A stretch of 64,000 nt of DNA from the human T2T-CHM13v2.0 reference genome, Homo sapiens. Made by a program: the position numbers and the translations under genes. Below are positions 1-16,200 of the stretch, piece by piece. The stretch is from the NCBI RefSeq assembly GCF_009914755.1, contig NC_060931.1. The stretch is one strand, 5' to 3'. The notes beneath the pieces are model-generated. The model saw nothing but the letters and a program-made list of their open reading frames with translations, had not been told where the DNA came from and searched no databases. Position 1 is the stretch's first letter. Each line of letters opens with the position of its first letter.

Positions 1-74
1 GATTGGAAAAATACTTGATGTTATTTTTGATCTTCTTAAGTTTTTAGCTAAGATTATCTGGCAGACTTGGAAAA

Positions 75-5085
<5,011 letters not shown>

Positions 5086-7665
5086 TCTTAAATTTGTTAA
5101 GACTTGTTTTGTGGCTGTATTAGTCCATTTTCATGCTCCTGATAACGACATACCCAGGGCTGGGCAATTTACAAAAGAAAGAGGTTTATTGGACTTACAG
5201 TTCCATGTGGCTAGGGAGGCCTCACAATTGTAGTGGAAGGTGAAAGGCTTGTCTCACATGGCAGCAGACAAGAGAAGAAAGCTTGTGCAGGCAATCTCCC
5301 CTTTCTAAAACCATCAGATCTCTTGAGGCTTATTCACAGTCATGAGAACAGCATGGGAAGGACCTGCCTCCGTGATTCAATTACCTCCCACTGGGTCCTT
5401 CTCACAAAACATGGGAATTCAAGGTGAGATTTGGATAGGGAGACAGCCAAACCATATCATTCCACCCCTGGTCCCTCCCAAATCATGTCCTCACATTTCA
5501 AAACCAATCATGCCTTCCCAACAGTCCCCGAAAGTCTTAACTCATTTCAGCATTAACTCAAGAGTCCACAGTTGTTCAAAGTCTCATCTGAGACAAGGCA
5601 AGTCCCTTCCACATATGAGCCTGTAAAATCAAAAGCAAGTTAGTTACTTCCTAGATAAAATGGGGGTACAGCTATTGGATAAATACAGCCATTCCAAATG
5701 GGAGAAAGCAGCCAAAACAAAGGGGTTACAGGCCCCATGCAAGTCTGAAATCCAGCGGGGCAGTCAAATCTTAAAGCTCCAGAATGATCTTCTTTGACTC
5801 CATGTTTCACATCCAGGTCACGCTGATGCAAGAGGTGGGTTCCCACAGTCTTGGGCAGCTCCGCCTCTGTGGCTTTTTGGGGTACAGTCTCCCTCCCGGC
5901 TGCTTTCACAGGCTGGTGTTGAGTATCTGCAGCTTTTCCAGGTGCACAGTACAAGCTGTCGGTGGATCTACCTTTCTGGGGTCTGGAGGACAGTGGCCCT
6001 CTTCTCATGGCTTCACTAGTCAGTGCCCCAGTTGGGACTTTGTGTGGGGGCTCTGATCCCACATTTCCCTTCTGCACTGCCATAGCAGAGGTTCTCCATG
6101 AGGACGCTGCCGCTGCAGCAAACTTCTGCCTGGGCATCCAGGCATTTCCATGCATCTTGTGAAATCTAGGTAGAGGTTTCCACACCTCAGTTCTTGACTT
6201 TTGTGCACTGGCAGACTCAACACCACATGGAAGCTGCCAATGCTTGAGGTTTGCATCCTCTGAAGCCACGTCCCGAGCTCTATGTTGGCCCCTTTCAGCC
6301 ATGGCTGGAGTGGCTGGGATGCAGGGCACCAAGTCTCTAGGTAGCACACAGCACAGGAACCCTGGGCCTGGCCCAGGAAACCCCTTTTTCCTCTGAGGCC
6401 TCCAGGACTGAGATGGGAGGGCCTGCCACAAAGGTCTCTGATGCCTTGGATACATTTTCCCCATTGCCTTGGAGATTAACATTCAGCTCCTGGTTACTTT
6501 TGCAAATTTCTGCAGTCAGGTTGAATTTCTCCTCAGAATATGGGATTTTCTTTCCTATCACATTGTCGGGCTACAAATTTTCTGAACTTCTGTGGTCTGC
6601 TTCCCTTATAAAACTGAATTCCTGTAACAGCACCCAAGTCACCTCTCGAATGCTTTGTTGCTTAGAAATTTCTTCTGCTAGGTACCCTAAATTATCTCTG
6701 TCAAGTTAAAAGTGCCAAAAATCTCTAGGGCAGGGGAAAAACTCCACCAGTCTCTTTGCTAAAACATAACAAGAGTCACCTTTGTTCCAGTTCCCAACAA
6801 GTTTTTCATCTCCATCTGAGACCACCTCAGCCTGGATTTCATTGTCTGTGTCATTATCAGCATTTGGGTCAAAGCCATTCAAGTCTCTAGGGAGTTCCAA
6901 ACTTTCCCACATTTTCCTGTCTTCTTCTGAGCCCTCCAAACTGTTCCAACCTCTGCCTGTTACCCAGTTCCAAAGTTGCTTCCACATTTTCGGGTGTCTT
7001 TTCAATAGCACCCCACCCTATTGGTACCAATTTACTGAATTAGTTCATTTTCATGCTGCTGATAAAGACATACCCAAGATTGGGCAATTTGTAAAAGAAA
7101 GAGGTTTATTGGACATACAGTTCCATGTGGCTGGGGAGGCCTCACAATCATGGTGGAAGGTGAAAAGCACGTCTCCCAAAGTGGCAGACAAGACAGCTTG
7201 TGCTGGCGATCTCCCCTTTTTAAAACCATCAGATCTTGCGAGACTTATTCACAATCATGAGAACTGTATGGGAAAGACCTGCCCCCATGATTCAATTACC
7301 TCCCAGTGGGTCCCTTCCACAACATGTGAAAATTCAAGATGAGATTTGGGTGGGGACACAGCCAAACCATATCACTGGCCTAACATATGATCTGTCTTGG
7401 AGAATGTTTCATTTGCACTTGAGAAAAATCTGTATTCTGCTATTGGATGAAATAGTCTGTCGATGTCCATTAGGTCTATTTGGTCTAAGGTGTTCAAGTC
7501 CACTGTTTCTCTCTTGATTTTCTGTCCAGATGATCTATCCATTGTTGAAAGTGGAATATTGTTATCCCCTTCTATTACTGTATTGCAGTCTATCTCATAC
7601 TTCAGACCTGTTAATATTTGATTTATATATTTAGGTTCTCTGATGTTGGGTTCATATACATTTTA
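5086..7665 (-). mobile_element. Second L1M fragment (endonuclease region) split by the THE1 element
   Basis: ttgttaagacttgttttgtggc before the THE1 continues as ctaacatatgatctgtcttggagaat after it; homologous to the L1 segment at about 3455-3780. Confidence 0.75.
5116..7374 (-). mobile_element. Full-length THE1 (THE1A/B, ERVL-MaLR): LTR 5116-5459, internal 5460-7035, LTR 7036-7374
   Basis: Two direct LTRs of about 340 bp with TG...CA ends (tgtattagtcc...accatatca; tgaattagttc...accatatca) around a 1.58 kb interior; 5-bp TSD gtggc/ctggc. Minus-strand ORFs 6706-7011, 6337-6561 and 5640-6482 look like pieces of the THE1 internal ORF. Confidence 0.95.
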
Positions 7666-7729
7666 AATCACATTTTTTAAATTTTAAATTGTGATTTTTT
7701 ACTTTTTCCTAGTTCTAATACTCAACATA

Positions 7730-8736
7730 TGTTTATTTATTCATTGAGCACCTAATTGTTACAGGCTCCAGGTATGATACCATTTGTGATCCAAAGTTAT
7801 GAACACTTGTTCTCTAGGAAGATGCACTTGAGTAGGGAGACAAGCAAAAGGACTCCAAGGAGTCTAAGAAGAGACAGAGAGGCTTTGTGATTAAGGTGGG
7901 CGGAAGACCCAGGGAGGGCCTTAGAAGATGATGGTGCTCATGCTGAGACTTGAAGGGTAGTCTATTATTCTTCAAAAAATGGCAGTCAGAAAAGGGTATT
8001 TAGGCAATGAGGACAATATTAGTAGCACCTTGGAATGACAGGATGTCTCTACCATTCAAAGGTAATGTTAAGACTCTAGTTTCCTTGGACTATAGATTTT
8101 CTTTATGGGGGTAGTGAAAGATAGGCCTGGACAGATAGTCTGAGCACATGATACATGGTCTTGAATTCTAAAATTATAGTGTTAACATCTCTTCAGACAT
8201 GAAAAGAAATGTAGAAGAGACAAACTATTCAGAGGAAATAACAGTAGTGTTATTATTAGACATAAGACATTTAGGAAAAGAAACTGGTTTGGAGAGATGA
8301 CACTTATTATTGGTTTATTCAGTGTGAAGGACATTTATGCAAAGGTGAAACACCAGACCACAGCTCAACACAGAGGTTCAGCCAAGAGCTGGTAGCTGGG
8401 AGTTCACTGTCAGTATCTTGAGACTTGATGAACTAGATAAAGAGACTAAAGGAGATAAGCCAGCTGAGAATAGAGCATTGGAAAAGACTGAATTCGGTGA
8501 ACAAGAGGAGGAGACAAAAAGGAGGCAGCAAGAGAGTGGTCAGAGAAATGCTTGAAACAGGATACTGTAATGTCATAGAGAAGTCAAGGCATGAGGTTTT
8601 TCCCTCAAAGAAGAGTCAAGTATGTTAAATACCTAGAGTAGAGAAAAATGAGCAGTAGAGGTCATTGTACTCAGTGACTTTCTGAGATTTCAGTGTCATA
8701 GAATAGTGAGAAATACTAGCTAGGCTCCATGGCATT
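7730..8736 (-). mobile_element. Degenerate L2 fragment(s)
   Basis: ttattcattgagcaccta-type L2 3' end followed by purine-rich antisense L2-like sequence. Confidence 0.5.
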
Positions 8737-8753
8737 AAAACAAGCACTGCTGA

Positions 8754-8990
8754 GCTAAACATTGAGTCCCCTTGGACACAAAGAAGGGAATGATACACAC
8801 TGGGGCCTAGTTGAGAGTGGAGGGCAGGAGGAGGGTGAGGATCAAAAACCTACCTGTCAGGTACTATGCCCATTACCTGGGTGATGAAATCATGTGCACA
8901 CCAAACTCCCATAACATGCAATTTACCTATGTAACAAGCCTGCATATGTACCCCCCCGAACCCAAAATAAATGTTGGAAGGGAAAAAAAG
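8754..8990 (+). mobile_element. 5'-truncated L1 3' end (L1PA15/16 or L1PB-like) followed by a putative transduced segment to 9195
   Basis: Typical L1 3'UTR (ggacacaaagaaggg...catgcaatttacctatgtaacaagcctgcatatgtaccc...aataaa). TSD at 8737-8753 and 9196-9212. Confidence 0.85.
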
Positions 8991-9239
8991 ACATATGAGG
9001 ACAGATTTAAAACATTTAAGTTGGGCAGATATGTAATGCTGTGTGATAGAAGCGTTTCAGACATACTAACCATATTTTAATTAAAATAGAGTTTGTTAGC
9101 TTTTCTTTTAATTTAAACATGAGAAACAAAAACCACATTAATTATAGCATTCTTTTCAAAATAAAACTGCAACCAATACTTGAAAAAACAAAACAAAAAC
9201 AAGCACTGGTGATAGGAGAGCTGTGGAGCTTAGCAGTAA

Positions 9240-9607
<368 letters not shown>

Positions 9608-9849
9608 TATTTTTTTAAGATTAATAAACACATACCTATACAATCTTGGCATGACTAATAGGCAGGGATGAGGGGAAGAGCAATGAAAGAATACAGTTTA
9701 ATTCCCAGTGCTGAACCCCCAATACACAGTATTTTTTTTCTGCCTGCAATAGATGCAGGGCCTTCTTGAGAAAGACATATGAGGAGATAACAGTTGCATA
9801 TATTTATCTTTTTTTCTTTTTGGAAAAATGTTAATATAAATATTTACTA

Positions 9850-9980
9850 CCATTAATTCACTCATTCACTCATTTAGCAAAAACTTATTAAATGCCAGTT
9901 CCAGATATTACATGCTAGGTCTAAGAATCCAGCAATAAACAGAGTAGATATAGTGCCTCCCTCATAGCACTCACATTCTA
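9850..9980 (-). mobile_element. L2 3' end fragment
   Basis: ttcactcattcactcatttagcaaaaacttattaaatgcc...cctcatagcactcacattcta resembles the antisense L2 tail. Confidence 0.6.
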
Positions 9981-10022
9981 CTAAATTTAGCTACTATTTA
10001 AAATTCTTTGCCTTTATTTTAG

Positions 10023-10247
10023 GTTCAGTTGCAGACTCTTCTTCAAAGCAAGTATGTAGAATATTTCATTGAGCAAGTGTTAAGCTGGCAAAATAAATTA
10101 AACATAGCAGACTTGGTCATCTTCACTTGGATGGAAGTCCAGCGAACTTGGTCTCACCTGGAAAGCATTTTTGTCTGTTCAGAAGATATTCGAATCCAGC
10201 TTGTGAAAGATGCTAGAAGATTTGATGGGGTGGATGCTGAATTTAAG
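10023..10247 (+). CDS. DNAH11: Axonemal dynein heavy chain coding exon A (225 nt, phase 0/0; linker region)
   Basis: Acceptor ctttgcctttattttag|GTT, donor AAG|gtttgt. Encodes [26 protein letters not shown]...[15 protein letters not shown]...[12 protein letters not shown], the conserved dynein WxxVQxxWxxLExIF motif. Same frame as ORF 10029..10292. Confidence 0.95.
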
Positions 10248-10350
10248 GTTTGTCAAAGACAGGCTGTATGCTATTCTAGCAAAGTTTTGTAAAGTAACAT
10301 GGTTTTGAGCATCGTATTTATAAAAATGAATGCATTTTTGCATGAGTAAG

Positions 10351-10985
10351 CAGGAGTCAGGAGACTTTTCCTGCAAAGGGCCAGGTAATAAATATTTCAG
10401 GCTGTGTGGATCATGCAGCCTGTCTAACACCTTCTGAATGCTGCCATTACAACATGAAAGAAGACATGGGTAATAAATAAACAAATGGATATGGTTATAT
10501 GCCAATAAAGCTTTACTTGTAGACACTGAAATTTGAATTTCACATAGTTATCATGTGTCACAAAATACACTGTTTTTTATTTTTTTCACTGATTTAAAAA
10601 GGTAGGCTAGGCTCGGTGGCTCACACCTATAATCCCAGCCTTTTGGGAGTCCAAGGTAGGAGGATGACTTGAGGCCAGGAGTTCGAGACAAGCCTAGGCA
10701 GTATGGTGAGATCCCTTCTCTACTAAAAAATTTTTAATAATTGGCTAGGCAAGGTGGCCCAAGCTTGCAGTCCTAGCTACTTGGGAGGCTGAGGTGGGAG
10801 GATCACTTGAGCCAAGGTAGTTTGAGGTTGCAGTGAGCTATGACTGCAGCACTGCACTCCAGCCTGGGTGACAGAATGAGACCCTGTCTCCAAAATAAAT
10901 TTAAAAACCATTTTTAGCTGCTAGGTCGTGCAAAAACAAACATCAGGCCATATTTGTCCCATGCACCATAGATTGCCGACCTTTG
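10351..10985. mobile_element. MER58B-like hAT-Charlie element interrupted by an Alu
   Basis: caggagtcagg...aagggccaggtaataaatattt start and atagattgccgacctttg end (degenerate TIRs). Confidence 0.75.
10605..10900 (+). mobile_element. AluJ
   Basis: Sense Alu dimer with J-type ggaggatcacttgagcc and gagctatga. Confidence 0.9.
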
Positions 10986-11317
10986 TGGTAATAAAGGTAA
11001 ACAGATTCATCTTCAGAAGTAAAAGACTGAGAAAGGACAACAGGTAGAAAATAACACTACTAGTTTCGGTTTTTCTTTTCTGTAAAAGCCATAGAAAGCA
11101 CGTGGCATGGTGCATGTAATGATAATTGATTGGAGAGATTTCTAGCAAAGGAGAGTGACTATTTCTCATAAAAATTGAGATTAAAAGGTTTTTTCTTTCT
11201 ACCTGAAGTAGAAGTCACAGATAAATTTTAAGTCATTTAACTTTTGAGGAAGAAAAAATAGATTGTTTATATCTCTCTCATTTTTATATGTAGGTATGCT
11301 TTTTAAGATTCTGGGCG

Positions 11318-11490
11318 CTCTCTCATTCTCTGTCTCTCTCTTTCTCTCTCTCCCTTCCTCTCTTTCTCCCTTTCTCTCTCCTTCTCCTCCCCCTCTGCCC
11401 CCACCTCCTCCTACTTGTCTCCCTTTCTCTTCTTTTTCCTCTTCCCATTCTCCCTTCCTTGTCTCCTTTTGCCTTTATTCTTTTTCGTTT
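11318..11490. repeat. CT-rich polypyrimidine low-complexity tract
   Basis: About 170 nt that are almost entirely C/T. Confidence 0.85.
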
Positions 11491-11762
11491 GATTTAGAAG
11501 AGAAAAATTCTGTGTGGGCCTAAAGTGGTGACAGTGCTTATCACATTTATTTTTATAAAAACGGTGTGCTTCTACATTGCTTTTGATCTTCATCTAAGAG
11601 TTGAAAAGCAAAAGTAAACAGATGTGGTGTCAGACATTCTTAGAAGTATCTTTGACCTTGCCTCTTCATTCTTTGTTCTTCATTTTTTTAATTCTTGAAA
11701 TGATTAAAAGTTTAGAAAAGATTGTTCTAATATCCACGGCCCCGTATTGTACTTTCATGCAG

Positions 11763-11854
11763 GAGTTAATGTTCAAGACAGCCAAAGTAGAAAATGTGTT
11801 AGAAGCAACGTGCAGACCTAATCTCTATGAAAAACTTAAAGATTTACAGTCCAG
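11763..11854 (+). CDS. DNAH11: Dynein heavy chain coding exon B (92 nt, phase 0/2)
   Basis: Acceptor actttcatgcag|GAG, donor CAG|gtaaga. Encodes [30 protein letters not shown](R). Phase is compatible with exons A and C. Confidence 0.93.
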
Positions 11855-12841
11855 GTAAGAATAAAGCTATATAAGATAATCAATTTACTGTAATTTTATG
11901 AAGTCTTTTTCACATACCTAATAGTATTTAATACTGTGTTATGGAGGTGCAACCTCTACTAAATTATTTTGTAATTTTGCTTATAATTATCTAGTTGTCT
12001 CGTACATATGACATGGAACATATATATAGTAAGTTAATGTAAATAAACCCAAAAATATTTGTTTTCTGAGAGGAGTATTATACTAGTAAAATTAGAGTAT
12101 CTTATTATCAAGAGAATTGACATGATTGATTGATCAATTATTTCCTCAGACTATCCTGTAAATATTGATTGAGCACCTGGGATTGCACTCCGTTAATGTA
12201 GTCCTTTAGTTTCTATGTAGTTTCATTTTATTAGAAATTATCCTGAGGGAGCACAGCAGCATTTTTAAAATCATTGTCCCAAGGGCCATTTGTAAAGTAA
12301 TTTTCACATTTAATTCTATAAGAGTTAGTGGTCGTAAGAATATTCTGGCTTTTGATTAAAAATGAGCAGATCTGCTACTAAAATGATGGGTTGTGGAAGT
12401 GCGATCCTTTTTTTATTGCAAGGTAAGGAGAAGATCTAGATAAAATTTTATATTACATAAACAGAGCAGTTTTATAGTCTGAAAGTTTTTTTGGTAACGA
12501 AAAGGGCGAAGTTAATTATTTCAGTTGAGTAATGCTCTTTGGGGCTTTGGGGCTCGGGCTCTGCCTCTGGGTCATTTCTGCTCTGCTAAGGGCAATAAAG
12601 TGGAACCAATTCTGGATCTTATGACTCCTCTGAATACCTGACAGGAGGGAAGTCACTTGTGTTTTGTAGACATCCAGTGGGGGAAAAGAAGGCTGTAAAC
12701 GAATTACATCTTACCAGTGCATTTTGCTCTCAGGTTGAAGGATGGCGACCTAGTCTTCTCCACTGCTGTTTAGGAGTGTCATTCGGAAAAGCAATGAATA
12801 ATGTAAACCTAAGTCTAATTCATATTTAGCCACAGCTAATG

Positions 12842-12843
<2 letters not shown>

Positions 12844-12883
<40 letters not shown>
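12844..12883. repeat. (GT)20 microsatellite
   Basis: Perfect dinucleotide run about 205 nt upstream of the exon C acceptor. Confidence 0.97.
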
Positions 12884-12885
<2 letters not shown>

Positions 12886-13088
12886 TTGGCATAGTACTCT
12901 TCTACTTGGCATAATGTATATTAGTCATAAGCAAGATAGATGATGGTGTAAAAAAGAAGGAAGTAAGCTACCTGTTAAACAGTGAGTTTACTATAATGAA
13001 TGGACATAGAGGACTTGAGTTTTGTTTTGCCGAAGTTTTAATGACTGAAGGGACAAGATATGCTTAAAAACATTTTTCATTCATGTAG

Positions 13089-13215
13089 GCTTTCTCTTTG
13101 TGAAAAAGCTCTCGCTGAATACCTGGAAACCAAGCGCATAGCCTTTCCTCGCTTCTATTTCGTCTCTTCTGCTGATTTACTTGACATTCTCTCAAAAGGA
13201 GCTCAGCCTAAACAG
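13089..13215 (+). CDS. DNAH11: Dynein heavy chain coding exon C (127 nt, phase 2/0)
   Basis: Acceptor ttcattcatgtag|G, donor CAG|gtaata. Encodes [42 protein letters not shown], containing the universal dynein FPRFYF motif. Confidence 0.96.
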
Positions 13216-16200
13216 GTAATATTTTTTTTGAAAGTCTCGTATTATACTGTGTTAGCTGAGGAATGTCATAGCGTCTCTATCATTGTCAAATGCTACCTGT
13301 CATGTCACGTGGGCCAGGAACTAGAAAATCTGCAGTTAAAATTTGTAATGTAGCATCAGAGGGATGTCAGAGGCTGTGCAAAAGGGAGTAGGAAGAATAA
13401 CTGTCTGGTGCTGTGTAAAGAGGAACTATATTCAGTGTGTAAGGCTTACAGTGCTGAAAGAAGTCGATGGAAAGAAACACTGTCGCCAAATCCCCCAGAA
13501 TTCTGGGACAAGAACTGGGACATCCATTGCCTGGTTAGCAGCTTTCCTAGGGGAGAAAGGGTCACTTGGAACAAGATCATAGCTGGTACCTTCTTACTCC
13601 TCCCTCCAGAGTCACCTTCATAATTATGACATTGGGCTTATCTTCAGTGCTGTCCAAGTTAGATTTGTATCATTTCAGGATCATCCCGAATTAACCCTCT
13701 AATTTTCCCCTATCTCTGCAAAAATAATGCATCACCTTTTTGCTGATTCCCATGTCAATATTTAAAGCAAATAAAAACAGATACTATCTTGTGTAATCTG
13801 AGAGCTCAGATCAGGGACAAACTGTACAAATTCCAAAGCACTCCTTCCTATAAACTTTAAGAGAATGTTGCCTTTCATTTAGACCAACTCAATCATTCCT
13901 ATTCACTTAGATCTTACAGTTGTGGCTGACATAGCTGGTCACTCCTAGAGTTGAGTGTATATTACAGATTATTTTAAAACTGAAGCTTGTGCTATATAAT
14001 TGTGGAGTTTTCTCCATGTTTTTTTTTTCTCAGAAAAATTTTACTCTAGATATTTTTTGTGCCATTTTCTTTAGAATCTGTGTCTGTTCACATTGCAGTT
14101 CCCTGAATTTTGCTGTTCTTTGGGCACAGTATTTATCTTAATTATTTCTCTCTTGTTCATCACTTAACTTTGAACCTAAATTCAATTGGTTGGCTATTCT
14201 TGTTGTTGATAATACAAGTGCAGTCGTGCTGTTAGTAACAGAATTGTTGGACAATTTGGGCAACAGGTTCAGGGTCACCACTCAGGTAGTATTGTTTTGT
14301 ATATTCATGCTAATTTCCAGATGGCTTTGCAAATAAAATCTGTGATTAAATTGACTATGAATCTACTATATCCGTCTTTTACATACTTATTAGCACACAA
14401 TTGGATGCCTTTAAAAAAACTATTTTGAAACATAATAGTTGTCACTACACTATGCTTCAATAAGCCCCTGAGGGCATCCTCATGACCAGCAGCTGAACCC
14501 TCTGCCCAGGGTGACTGTATGAGGGTAGCAGGTATTGTATTTCACAAAAGTACGTGTTTCTGAATACTTTTCAAATCTGAAATGCTTATAATGCAAAATG
14601 AATTTTCAATAAGTAAGTTAGCAGAGAGGTACATAAATCTGTGAGTAGGTAAGCATTCTTTTTCTTTTAATCATATTATTTAAATACAGTGAACACTTAT
14701 GTGACTGGTTTATTGAATAATATTAATTCCATGGGATAACAGTCATGAAACAGTTTTATCTTTCTGCAATGACTAATCTCACATGTGCCCTGCCGAGTCT
14801 CTTTGCCCAGGTAGCAGACCCCTTAATAATATCTCGGGCAGGTATCGTAATCTCCTGGTCCCCCTTTCTTATTAAAAACTTAAAAAAGAAACCAAAAGCA
14901 ACTCAGCATATTCTAGTTGGAAATTTCCATCTCATCTCCATGTCAAGGCCAAGCTTTCGTTTAATAACTTGGTGTTGGGAGGGAGACTTCAGCTTTTTCA
15001 TCCCCCGTCTCTGTCCATTTATCATGAGGAGGGGTTTAGGGGTGTGATCTGTCTGTCATTGTCCTTTCTTAATGACCGCTCCTGCTTCCCTCACCAGCGG
15101 TGACTGTCCATCTTCACCCTTAACAGCAAGGATCCACGTGCTGGATTTCTGGTGGAACAAGTGTGCAGGTCCTCTGGACAAAGGGAACCTCCCCAGGGAT
15201 GTATATGCCAGAGCCACCCCCACTTTAATCCTCCCATTTCTTGCTCCTGGCAGTGTAACCAGCCACCTGGTTCCATCTTCCTCCTCCTTTTCTACCTAGG
15301 CAGATGTCCAAACAAGGGGCACATCAAAGATTCACTTCTTACTGGTGCCCAGAGTTTTTATGAGTGATTCTCCTATTCCTCTTCCTTGACCTTAGAGTGG
15401 AGGTTGGGGGACCCAGTCTTCTACCTTACCCAAAAAAGGCGGGGGAGATGCCATGGCCTCCCCGTCGTGGCTGATAATTCACACTGTGCAGATGGCCTCC
15501 TTTGCCCTCTTCCTCCCTATGGTACTTTCTGTAGAAGGCATGCATGGAGGTAGAGGAGGGTGGGGTATTGAGATGTGTCTTACCAAACCCTGGAAGGACT
15601 AACTGTCCTAACCCATGTCCATTACCTTCAGAATGTGCACATACTCACCACCTCTTTGTCCTTAATTGAAGTCCTAGTCTGTGCTAGAGGAAAAGATCAC
15701 TCAATGAATTCTTGTCACCAACTCTGTTCACCCTCCTTTTAAATCATCAAAAAATCCTTCATGCCTTAGCTAAACTACATGTTGACTCACAGTCTGTGCA
15801 TCTCTGATGCCAGTTGATTTTTCAGATTTCAGTGATGTGCTTTTTACATCCTTTAAAAAAATTTTTTACAACATGACTTCGGTATTTTACAGAGTGCTAT
15901 CTTCTCCATTATCAGTGTGACTTACTGTGAATGTCTCCTCACCTACCCCATTCATAGCATTTTAACTACGCGTTCTAAATCCCTGAATTCCAGGTACATT
16001 GCTCAGTACTAGTCCCCCTCCTTAATGAATGACTAGATTATATAAGACGTTTGAAACATTTGAAATTATGATGAAGCTGAATGTTAAAATCATAGCGTAG
16101 AGCTCTCCAAACTCCCTCACAGCTGTGCTGATAAATGCCACCACGCTAACAAAGGGAGGTGGGTATTTCTTCTTGCCAGCTAAAGGATCCAGTCCTGTGG

